A stretch of 64,000 nucleotides of DNA from assembly GCA_003344405.1 (NCBI GenBank), contig NOWV01000174.1, positions 1-64,000 on the forward strand, read 5' to 3'. Of this stretch, positions 1 to 11,570 are shown one piece after another. A model generated the notes under the pieces. The model saw only the letters and a list, made by a program, of their open reading frames with translations, was not told the origin of the DNA and ran no database searches. A program made the position numbers and the translations under genes. Source of the stretch: Trichoplax sp. H2 (Eukaryota). Position 1 is the first letter of the stretch. The number at the start of each line of letters is the position of its first letter.

Positions 1-130
1 ATCATAAAAAGTCAGTGCTATATTAAAACACAGTATATCCAAATTAGAAGTATACTAAATAAGGATAGGCTAACATGAATTATCCTAACATAGATATTCC
101 TACTCAAATACAGTACATAACACTGTCACA
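1..130 (-). mobile_element. End of an interspersed repeat, LTR-like terminus (minus strand starts TGTGACAGTG), truncated by the window edge
   Basis: 2-130 aligns by eye with about 9074-9201 (tcataaaaagtcagtgctatattaaaa..cagtatatccaaattagaag..actaaataaggatag..taacactgt[c/a]aca); similarity stops abruptly at the ACA. Confidence 0.65.
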
Positions 131-2970
131 ACCTGTCAAATATAAGTTATGCATTTATAAAATTACTGGTTAATAATGATATAGGAAATCCTTCTCTTCG
201 CTGATATGAACATCTGAAACCGATCGAGTATAGAATTACTCGGAAATGTACTATAACATAAATTAAATTTTTAACAAACAAAGCCAGTAATGATTTATAT
301 ATGTTCATCAGCGTACTCGTTCATATATGGTAGTCTGCACAGTAAATAATACATGTTTCTGCAATTTTAATGTGAAATTATTCAGTCGAAAGCCCTCTAT
401 CAAGCCGCCTCTCCGTTTATATTACACTACAGAAGTAAGTATTTAAGTATGGCGTGAGTACTGATAGTTCTGATGATTTCATAAAGTAGTACTCTAGGTA
501 GATTACATGACTAATGAATGCGTGACGTATGCTGTATAGCTAATCTTATGTTGTATTTTAAACTTTTTGCTGCACATATTCTAGTTGATAATAAATTAAT
601 CAATCAGTAGAGGACTCTGTATGTTAATTTATTTATATAAATCGATATATTTATTATTGCAAATTGAAATATTTTTACAAATGGTATTAAAAAAGGTTCA
701 AGATACTCTTGAATGCGTGATGCTCCTGTATCCAGATAAGATTGGCGTTGGTTATCCTTATTTAAGAGGTAGATTGGTCAAGACGGCTATCGTGCACAAA
801 TATATGTCGAAAGATGTATTATTTAGCCTACCCTTAGATTCCTAGTAATTATCTTGTCGTTAAAATAGTATACGTGTAGATTAAGATTCAAATGTGTAGG
901 ATCATGCATCTGCGACAACAAACTACGATTTAATTAGCTATCTGAGGAGATTCTAGTGGGTATGCTACTGGCCCATTATTTCAGATATCAATTTGCGTAT
1001 AAGCATCTAAGAATTTATGTAAGTAAAATATAAAGGAGTTGAATATTTTTAACATTTCAATAATTTTCAATAATTATTAAGGGTAAAGCATGTCTCATAC
1101 ATTCAATATTTTATAGTATGATAAAGTCAGTACTAAATCCACTAACCTTTAATTGATTCAGATTTATAGGATGATCTTAGCGAGATATGAATTTTTATTT
1201 AGATGTTTCAATATATCCGCAGTCGTAGATTTATCTAGCTTAATTCTTCTAAATACCCCATCCAATGTGAACTATATAGATAGAATTTTTTTCCTTAGGG
1301 CGATCAATTACCAGTTGATGTAATTAGTATTTGTTGTGGGTATCACTGATCACGAATATGTTGAAATTATCTATATGGACGGAGCTGTACTACTAAATAA
1401 TGATCATTTGGTAGTACATGCATGAGTCAAGCCCTGGAATTACAGTCGATTATAGTAAGAGTATAATACGATAACTTTATTTTAATCAAATTACGTCTTG
1501 GGCATGTTAAATTTGGTGCTTTAGTGTTATGTACTATAGCCATACCTACATATACAAATTAATATAATTCATTCCCTTTCTTGTTTTTTAAAACAATAAG
1601 CAGGTTTAATATCTATAGTAGGTACTATCCATTCTAGGCAATCATAAGCAGTAATCATCAGATTATTAAAAGATTTTATCTGACGTCTAACATATAATTA
1701 AAATGTTTGTGTGTGTCTCGTCTTTATATTTTCAACTAATATACAGAGTCTTCTACCGATTGAGTTTATTAATTCACTATCAACTAGGACACGTACGCCA
1801 TAAAGTTTAAAGTACAATATGAGATTAGCTACATACCGCATGCATTTTTTCTGAGGTATTTGTAGTCTAAAATACAGTAGTTCTTGTAAAATTAACTCTC
1901 TGCGAAAGGGTTTGCTGTAATGTTATAGCTAACAATTAGGGCGTAAGTAACTGAGGTAATTACTAAAACTGACAAGGTACTCCAATTATTGAATAGTATT
2001 CTGAATTTAATTCTTGTATAAGTTTGCAAAAAGTAACAGTATGTTGGTGGGTTGTAGCTGATGATGAAGCCGTGGAATACGGGTATTCGCTCTTATACGG
2101 CATATGCTGAGAACTGAGACTGACAGCTCGCAAACTGCACCCACTATGTCTGCTGTAATTTAGTACTGGTTGTTGTAACTTAGTACGGTTACTTAGTAAT
2201 GTAAGGAGTACGTATGCGTATATCACAGTATTATAGTATCGTCCGTAGTTCCAAGAGAATTAGCTTTAGTCAGGTGAGCTTTAAATTAAATCAGTAGATT
2301 CGAAAGCTACATATTACATACTGGGCACTGCGTGCCGTAAAGCAGTTCTTAGATATCGATCTTAGAGAACTTTAGCGATTAATATCTTACACCGATAAGA
2401 GCATAACTATTTGGATAGAAGCGAATAAAGTAGTTTGAAAGGAAGTATCAGTGTTTAACTTCATCCCAGAGTCTTAGCCGGGGTACCTTAGCGTGGAGCT
2501 AAATGATATACTGGAGCAAAATTACAGCAATGTCTTAGTACAGCAGTATAAAAGAGTTGTTGATATGGCTACTAGCAGATCTATCAAATTATTGATCTTT
2601 CAATTTTTACCGTAATCTATTAAGTAAGCAATTACAACTTATAATTTAACTATTCTGTAATTTTCAGTAGCAATCCCGAATGGTTTGCTATAACTGTAAA
2701 TAATTCTGTAATTGGAATCTCAAACAGAATTTATGCAATGACATCATGTTCAGAAGTAGCTTACTTTTCTAAAACGATGCCATATTACCAGTTACTTACT
2801 TATTAAGCCTAGATCTCCTATTGATTTTAAAAATTTCCTTTCACTTTTATTAACTCATGTCACGTTACGAACTACCGTGAAGAAATAGCTATCTAAATTT
2901 GGTTAATATAATATAGTGATAATATATTACAACTAGTTACTTACAGTAGGAATTACTCTAATTATAAATG

Positions 2971-3289
2971 TGTTACAGTAAATTTAATGCTGTGCTGTAA
3001 TGTGTACTGAAATGACCCTGTGAATGGATATATTGTAGTCCGACTGCGAAAAATTAGTTAGTAGATGTTCTCACCTAAGTATTTTTATAAGATGACTCGT
3101 GAATGTTAGCTGCTGTAGAGGGGTATATAAGCCCGTCAGATAGTTGAATAAAGCAGTTCTCAATTGTCTAGTACGCAATCAAAGGCGTCTAAATTCTTGT
3201 GAAGTAGTTAAGGGATACTAAATTCCGGAGACTATAGTAATTTAGAGATTTGTTTTACGTTATCCTTGTCACGAAGCTGGTTTGTGACA
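2971..3289 (+). mobile_element. Possible older solo LTR
   Basis: Starts TGTTACAGT, TATATAA at 3124, AATAAA at 3147, ends TGTGACA (imperfect inverted termini). No target-site duplication found. Confidence 0.35.
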
Positions 3290-4379
3290 ACTCAATGGCA
3301 TTCCAATTAAAACAAATAAATGTAATTTATGATTTATTCCAAATGTTGCTCTCATTCCGTTACGGTACCTTGAACCGAAATACAGCATTAAAATACATGC
3401 TATAGCTGTAACGGTTGGAGATAATCTTTAGTAAAATGTACTAAGTCCCTCTCTCAAGATTTAGGAGAATTTAGTATCAAAGAAATATCTTTATTTTAAA
3501 TTAATATTGGATTGATATTTGTGGCTCAATCAAAGAATCATGTATGTACTATCTCGCAACATTCCACTGTAAAAGTTATAATCTATGCATTATTACATGA
3601 GCACTAAAATAAAGCGGAAGCAGCTGTGCAATGGAGATAATGAACAATATTCCTTATTGAAAGATTAGAGGTAGAAAATGTCACGATTACAAGCCCTTTC
3701 TAACAAATTAATTTCATGATCCATGTAATGCGTAATATATTTAGTCAAAAATAGTCAGATCATTTTATTTAGAACATATGATAAAGTGATTGTACAAATA
3801 AATTTTAGCTCCAAAAGGAAAGTATAAAATGGTAAGACACCAAGTATATGGGCCAAATGTTAATCCAGAATGTAAACTATCGATTCCTACGATCTAGTTT
3901 GCAAGATCTTGCAGAGACTCTCGAGATAAGAATTTAACATTTCAATAAATGGATCTTACCTAAAGCTTCGTGTAATTCTCTTTGCCGTTATTACAGTACA
4001 TTATGTGATAGTCCAATTGAAATCCCATAATAAAAACTCATAAGCGTCAAGTCTGTCAATATTAATTAATTAATTGATATTATAATGGCAAGAACAAGAT
4101 AACTTAATTTCACGCTAGTGTATGATACTACAAATTTGGTCGATGTCATTTTTGCTGGTCTCATAAAAATACTCCAGTGTTTGGTGCAATATATTTACCT
4201 CACCCATTCAAGTAATAGAAATAAAAAGAGAGTTTAAACTTTAATCTATTACGATAACTTTCGCTCTTTTATTCATATAACTTTATATCAGCTGATTTTC
4301 CAGATCGAAGACCATCATTTACATCACTGCTCGCCAGTCAAGATTTTAAAAAATACTAGCTGTGAGTTGAGGCGAGGTA

Positions 4380-7300
4380 ATGTCTAACCAGGATAAGCGG
4401 AGTTGTAATAGCTGCTGCTTTAGGGGGATTTTGGTAGTAATCACGATAGCGCTATTTGAAAACGCTATAGCAAGTAATGAAGGTAATGCTACTAAAAATA
4501 TTACCATTGGCAGTTTGTTTTCAATAAATGGCACTAACGCCGCTTGGGGTGATTGCTTAATTGGAGCCAAGTTTGCCTTAAATCATATTAATAACGATTC
4601 AAGAATACTAAAAGACTATCGTTTACATCTTTCTTGGGGAAATACGCAGGTAAAATTTGTAAGGCTATTATGAGAATTATTAAATTATCGTAAAATCATA
4701 AATTCATGTACATGCAATATATATATACAATATCTATTACATTTAAAAATGTAACCGAGGTGAAAATAAGATGGAAGATTAGCGATCTTTCACAAAATTT
4801 CATTCAAGTCAAATGTTTTCCCCAAATAAATATCTTACGCCCCAAATTTTTTAGCTACACACAAATATTAACGCAATTGATAGAGAAATTTATTTACAGC
4901 GGTAGGATTAATGACGATGGATATATTAATACATTTTGATAATTCTTAAACTCAATGATAGTAAATCCAATATGTGCAACATTTAGTTAGCTTCTAGTCA
5001 AACATTTACTAGCTTTTACTCTGAAATTAAGATTAAGATAAAGTGTAGCTTAATAGAGCGGTACTTATATTTCCCAATTCTGCTAATGGTTAATATCACG
5101 ACGCAAGAGTATTTTCTACGATATGAATGGTTTACTACAATTAACGTGGTGAACTGTAGGTTTAACTAGAATAAAAATTTAAACTTACTACTTCTGAATT
5201 TTATAATGTTATTTGTGCACCATCATGTTATCTCCATAAGGGTATTGCACTGTATACATCTTACTAGGATATTGATATATTGGTATAATGATGTAAATTA
5301 TCAATTGTAGAACATGTTAGATGGGGCATATTAATTGTTATAGTAAATAACTGCCGTTGGTATATAAAGCCCCGATATTTAGAAATAAAGAAAGATCTGT
5401 TCTACAGGATTCATGTGTTAAGTTGTATTACTCTTCATAGTCTAACTCTTAACAAAACTTCAGAAATGATTCAAAACCTATACTATCATTAAATCTTGTT
5501 TGTAAATCAGGATTATTTCCGAAATTAAAAACGTTTGAGTTGATGAAATATTTCGTGAACTTGATTTCCATGTAAGTGTAACAGCCATACTGCTGCTACA
5601 CTCCAGGCTAGAAATAAACAAGGTCTTAGAATGTGCGTGCTTATAACTGGGTATAAATTCCTAATCCTAAGAATATATAACATGTATGTAAGAGCACAAT
5701 TTTTTCGTGAGGACTGTACATTAATATTTATCTTAATCAACTACAGAAAATTTCAGCTTTCGCATAGTAAACTACTGTTTCTGTCCGGCAGCCCGATTAA
5801 GTACAACATATATTTCCTATGATGTATTTCATTTTTCGAATTTATCTTCGAATCTAATTTGAACAGCTTTAAAGCTGCTTTAATTGGCCTTAATCTTGAC
5901 TTATTAATAATTATTTCGAATCTGTGCTACGATTGACAGCTATCGCTATAAAGATAGTACCAGAAGTTTGACAGCTCTCTTTGGCAAATAGCCAGTTTAA
6001 TTATCAAGTCAGAGGATTAGTTATGTTCAATCTTAAGCAACCAAAATTATATAGAGTAGACGACGATGACATAATACTTGCGTGATCAACGGCTCTTACT
6101 TTCGAATCATTCTTTAGGAAATTCTCCTTCATTTACCGGAAATGAAAAAAATATTAGTTAATTTCTTAACATAATCTTCCTCTTCATATCATAAGAAATC
6201 AAATAATTAGTTGAAATTGATTACTACTTAGATGTACTTATTGTTACTCAAGTTTCCATTAATAGTATAAATCTAGTATTCTTGATTATGGAAATCCCAA
6301 CTCAACATACCTAGAAGTACATTAATATAGCTACAATTAAGTAAATTTAGGTATAAAAAGATATAAACTAATCGTTATTTACTAACTTGAATATCTGTCT
6401 ACGATAGTGTAACCCCGGAAAAGGAATGAAAATCTTATACAATCATTTAAGCCGTAAGCCAAAAAAACTGATGATATTAGGATCATCGTGTTCTTCAGTA
6501 ACAGAACCAGTAGCTCAAATGTCGCGAGAATTTAACCTTATCCAGGTATAATAAAGATTTTGAATATGAATCTAAAGTTGATAGCAGTTATGCCGACAAA
6601 GGCTTACCTATAAATATCTCTTTTCATAGTCTGTAATATTGTCATAACCAAGATGTGTCCATATTGTTGTATTTGAATACCTAATCATTTATTTTATGGA
6701 TTAAATAAATTTCAGATATCTTATTTATCCTCTTCACCAAGTTTGAACAATCGCCAAGTATATCCAAATTTTTTTCGAACAAGATCATGCGAAAGTCAAC
6801 GTATTTTACCTTTCTTTTCAATCCTTGATCACTTTAACTGGAGTAAAATTGGCCTAATAATGGAAAATAGTGTCGTTTACTCTTCGGTATATGCTTGACA
6901 TAATGAATAGCAACTGTTATCTAATAAAATGATAAAACTTGCCTATTTCTTGAATCTTCTTTTCAGAGATTCAAGATAAACTATTCTATATTCTACTTTC
7001 TGTCCACTACACTTTATTCAATTTTATTGCACTTACGCAGTTAGCGAATTATATTAGGGAAATTGCTAATTCTTCTGGAATAGAAGTTGTTTCATCAGCA
7101 TCTTTTTCAACGGATGAACAATCCAATGAAGCGCTAAAAGTTGTTAAAGTAAGGATTATTCCGGTGTTCATTCATTAATTAAATTGATAAAACCCAATTA
7201 CAACGCGCAATTTAAATGATCTAAAAGAACCTATAAAGGTTATTTTCAGTCTCTAATTGTAAGTAGTTAGCTCAATAGTAGCTATCGTAAATCAGGTTTC

Positions 7301-10300
7301 TAATATTCATGAGAATTAAGTAATATATAGATTTCTTCCTGTATGCAATTCCGTTTCAAAATCTCATTATTAGCTATCGATTCTCGATTGATGGAAATAA
7401 ATACTATAAAGTTTAGCAGTAAAGCTATGCAAGAAGCCGATAAATACATTTGTGTTGTAATTGTACGCAGATAAAGAAATGGTTATGTTTTCTTTACAAA
7501 GTGATACGATATATATTTTAAATAACGATATTTACCTTACTTAGCTTCTTTTTGCTCAATACTGACCCTTATAATTGACACTTTCAGATATATGTTAATG
7601 TTGTGTGTAGTTTATAAGTATAAATCACTAATCTAGATGTTACTATTAATCTTCCTTGCTAAAGTTAGATACTTATAATAGAAAACGAGATCTTTGTAAT
7701 ATAGACGATATTTTGAGGGCTCAGGATATTCGAGAATATAGATCACTTTTTTCTCGTAATTTTTTATGTTGATTGCCATGTTCGAATTCACGAAATAACT
7801 ATTGCAAAAAATTATAGCATGCGAGCGGAACTGAAATCTTTACATTTACTTTTTTGGGATTGTTAGAATTCGTTTGTTCGGGTTATTTATGCGGGGTTCA
7901 GTCTTGAAGCAGGGCGGAAAATGTTATGTCAGGTACTTTGGGATAAGCTCTCGAGATTTTTACATAAAATTTAAAATTACACTAATTGAAGTGTTACTAA
8001 ATTTCATTTATTAACACTAAATTAGGCATATCACCTCGAATTGAGACCTCCTAATTATACCTGGATTGGTCCTGGCTGGTTTCATGACCAATGGTGGAAA
8101 AGCGATCACCATCAAGATATTAAGGTAGATACACTCCGATGCAGCGGTGCTGTGATGAATGAAATGATTGAAGGCTATCTCTCAGTAAATCCTCAAGTAA
8201 TATCAGACATTCAAGAACCAACTATATCGAAATATGTAAGTCATATTAGCCTCACATTTTAGCGAGAGTACAACAGCGATCGTAATATTTAAAATTTCTA
8301 AATATAAGGAATCATAGAGCTTGAATTAATTGTAAACGCAAGAAGTTTTATTAACTAGCTTATTTCTGATGTTTATGACTTGATTTAATAGACTCCAGAA
8401 GAATGGACGAAAGCATATGATCATTTTCGCCAAGCCTTTAGCCATTGGCAGGGAAGAAAAGATTTTGCTGGTTACTCTTATGATGCCATCTGGGCCATTG
8501 CCATTGCACTTAACCAATCTATCCCTAGGTTAAGATTAATAGAAAAGACACTTGAAAATTTTCAATACGATGATGAAGATTATTTTAATATTTTTAAAGA
8601 AGAAATCGAAAATGTGACTTTTCATGGCGTAACGGTAAGTCGCCTAAGGTAGATTAAATAGAAAGTCGGAGCAAAATGTTTTTGCTATAAACATAAACCC
8701 ACTTCGCATACTGTATAGCTAAAATTATTTTGTTTTAGAAAGGATAAGTTGAATTCAATGTTAAATGCATTTATGATACTTGCTGACTAGAAGTTCGACT
8801 TTCGCTGATTAAAGAATCGGAAACAATCTAATCTCTTATTTCTTTGAATTAATAGGGACCGTTTTCTTTTACCTCGAATGGAAATCGCCTGGGAGTTCTT
8901 GTAATTCAGAGAATACAAAGTGAGTAACCCTATTATTAGAATATCTTGATGATTCGANNNNNNNNNNNNNNNNNNNNATAAGTAAATTACAATCACAATG
9001 ATTCGAACTGTAAGCAGATGATTTGCATTCCCTATTATAACTATTAATTTCAGTATGTGTATAAGTGTCACTGTCATAAAAAGTCAGTGCTATATTAAAA
9101 TACAGTATATCCAAATTAGAAGTTAACTAAATAAGGATAGTCTAATAGAATTATCCCAACATTGATATTTCTACTGTAATACAGTATATAACACTGTAAC
9201 AATACTGTATAGCTAAAATTATTTTGTTTTAGAAAGGATAAGTTGAATTCAATGTTAAATGCATTAATGATACTTGCTGACTAGAAGTTCGACTTTCGCT
9301 GATTAAAGAATCGGAAACAATCTAATCTCTTATTTCTTTGAATTAATAGGGACCGTTCTCTTTTACCTCGAATAGAAATCGTCTGGGAGTTCTTGTAATT
9401 CAAAGAATACAAAGTGTGTAACCCTATTATTAGAATATCTTGATGATTCGACTTTATAGTGTAGTTAAAATTCATTATTATCTCAAAGATGCCAAAAATG
9501 TCATTCTTGGGCATTATTATGAAAAAAGTGAGCAGACTGCATGGAAGAGTGGTATTAATATCAGTTGGGGAATTGCAGGTAATACTTATTGATATTATAA
9601 CTGCTTTGATTCGGTATATTGCAGTGATGATGAGATTAGTATAATGACTAGTATGAGATAAAGGTAAAAGTCATCAGTTGGTACCTTGGCCCGATAATAT
9701 AGCTCAATATATGCAGAACTTTCTCTTCATCACCGATTTTGATAGGAACTATTTGCATACTAAAAATTTATCATTAGAAAGACGCAAAGATTTTTCAAAA
9801 GAACAAGTAATTACATTAGACATGATTAACTCTTCATTCCTAAATAGACCGCAAGCCACCTGCTGACTATCCTTATGTTACAAAAGTCTTTTCCGTTATT
9901 CCGTTTACCGCAACGATTATTGTTATTATCGCAGCAGTTATTGGTATCTTTCTGGCACTCATCTTCGCTTTACTAAATGTCTATTATCGTAATCGAAGGT
10001 ACAACAGACTATTAATGTCACTGAAAACAGAAAGACTAATATATTTCTACTCAAAGTGCATATCTATCGCATTTTCCCTTTCAGTCTAGATTTGGTATTT
10101 GTATTAAAATATTTGCATAGTATTTTTACATTTTTGATGTTTGGCTAACAAGTGATAATAAGGAAGCAGATTTAAGTAAATTCACTATAAAATGTAATAA
10201 ACTGCTAAATAATTCAAATATACTTATTATTTGTTAGGATTGATGTATATTTTCTTGATTTTGTGTTATAATCGAAACAAAAGGGCTATCAAGGTTGCAA

Positions 10301-11570
10301 GTCCCAACATAAATTATACTATCATCATTGGTGCTATTCTATGCTATATATCAACCATCTTACAAGTCATTTACATTGATCCCGTTAATGAGACTGACTT
10401 GATGTTATTAATTTGTCGAGTAAGAGATTTTGATGGAACTAATTGTTGCGATTTATCTTATTATCATATTATTCTTATAAATTAGAAATATAATTATCTT
10501 GGAATGATATTGAAATTACTCGTTATTGATTAAAATATAATCATAATAGAATCCAATATGTATTTTAATATTCCAAAGAAAATTAAAAGATAAATAGTGT
10601 CCTTTTTGTACTTACTATACTAGCATAATTACGACATAAAAATCTTTAGTGATTGCCATGGTTTATCAATGGTATTTATTTGCATCTTTAGGGAAGAATC
10701 TGGTTTCTCGTATTAGGCTTTCTTATGGGATTTGGTGCCTTGTTTGCAAAGACTTGGAGATTGAAAATGATATTTCAGAATAAGACTGCTAGAAGCAGAG
10801 TTAGTATTACAACTGAAAGTGCTTAACTTTAGTTCTAGTATAGATAGCGTACACTATATTTTTGATAATACTAAATAAGCTATTTACTCTGTCATAACTC
10901 CATTATAGACAGAATTACCCTTTCTAACCTACCGATTCTCTTAGATTATTACGGATTCTCAATTATACCTCGTCATATTGATTATTGTACTGATTGGTGC
11001 TGCAATCTTAACTATTCAAGCTGCAATTGATCCAATATTTTTAGAGAGTAAAATAAAAACCCAACTGATGGTAAATATTCTATTTTAACCTGATTGGTTA
11101 GAAAATCGCTCACAACCGGTACCATAGTATGGCTAAAATGTTTCAAATCAGTGACTTCATTAATATAAAAAAATATACTATTTACCAAAATTTATTATCA
11201 ATATTTGAATTAGGGATATCGCGTCAACAGCCTCGTAGTTTATTATAAGAATAAATGCGTAACTCAGAATGTCATGTTATGGCATGTTATTATACTAATT
11301 CTTGGAGGAGTTTTGCTACTTTATGGACTGTCACTAGCTTGGAGAACCCGTAATATACCCTTTCACCTAGCTAACGATTCGAAATACATTATTTTCACAA
11401 TTTATAACGTAACTATTTTCTCTGGAATTGCTATTCTTGTTGGCCATACTCTTTCAAATATTGCCCTGCGAGTCATCTTGGTGGCAATATTAATCATTAT
11501 AGCGACAACAGGATCGTTATGTTTAATATTTATACCTAAAGTACCACAAGTAATGCTTTCAGTAATATGA
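4380..11570 (+). CDS. GABA-B receptor-like class C GPCR (Venus flytrap + 7TM), ~745 aa; exons 4380-4649, 6408-6545, 6716-6886, 7041-7148, 7867-7932, 8026-8235, 8392-8634, 8856-8919 (or duplicate 9350-9413), 9489-9578, 9848-9998, 10284-10419, 10692-10799, 10945-11070, 11214-11570 (3' end uncertain)
   Basis: All exons have AG/GT boundaries with compatible phases. Motifs typical of GABA-B receptors: CNPGKGMK..KLMILGSSCSSVTEPVA, ISYLSSSPSL..YPNFFRT, YTWIGPGWF, YSYDAIWAIAIAL, IKVASPNIN, FGALFAKTWR, LAWRTRN..NDSKYI..IYNV, LCLIFIPK. N-terminal hydrophobic signal-like segment; no sushi domains. Orthology to GABBR1 vs GABBR2 not assignable by eye. Confidence 0.92.
8958..8977. other. Assembly gap (20 N)
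   Basis: Run of n. Confidence 1.
8978..9201 (-). mobile_element. LTR-like repeat fragment inserted in intron 7 in one copy of the duplication
   Basis: Homologous to window 1-130; ends ...CACTGTAACA exactly at the junction with the duplicated sequence (atactgtatagct). It is absent before the first copy (ttcgc|atactgt). Confidence 0.65.

Larger units (their letters stand above)
8708..9451 (+). repeat. 250-bp near-identical duplication (8708-8957 and 9202-9451) across an assembly gap, containing GPCR exon 8 twice
   Basis: Direct comparison shows 6 substitutions over 250 bp; 20 N at 8958-8977 lie between the copies. Confidence 0.93.

Noticed and set aside
1921..2693. Possible LTR or TIR element (GTTATAGC...GCTATAAC, internal TATAAAA)
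   Set aside because: No clean CA terminus or target-site duplication; no second copy in the window.
8787..9514. Two similar minus-strand ORFs ending RLDCFRFFNQRKSNF
   Set aside because: Antisense readings of the gap-flanking duplication, not a gene family.
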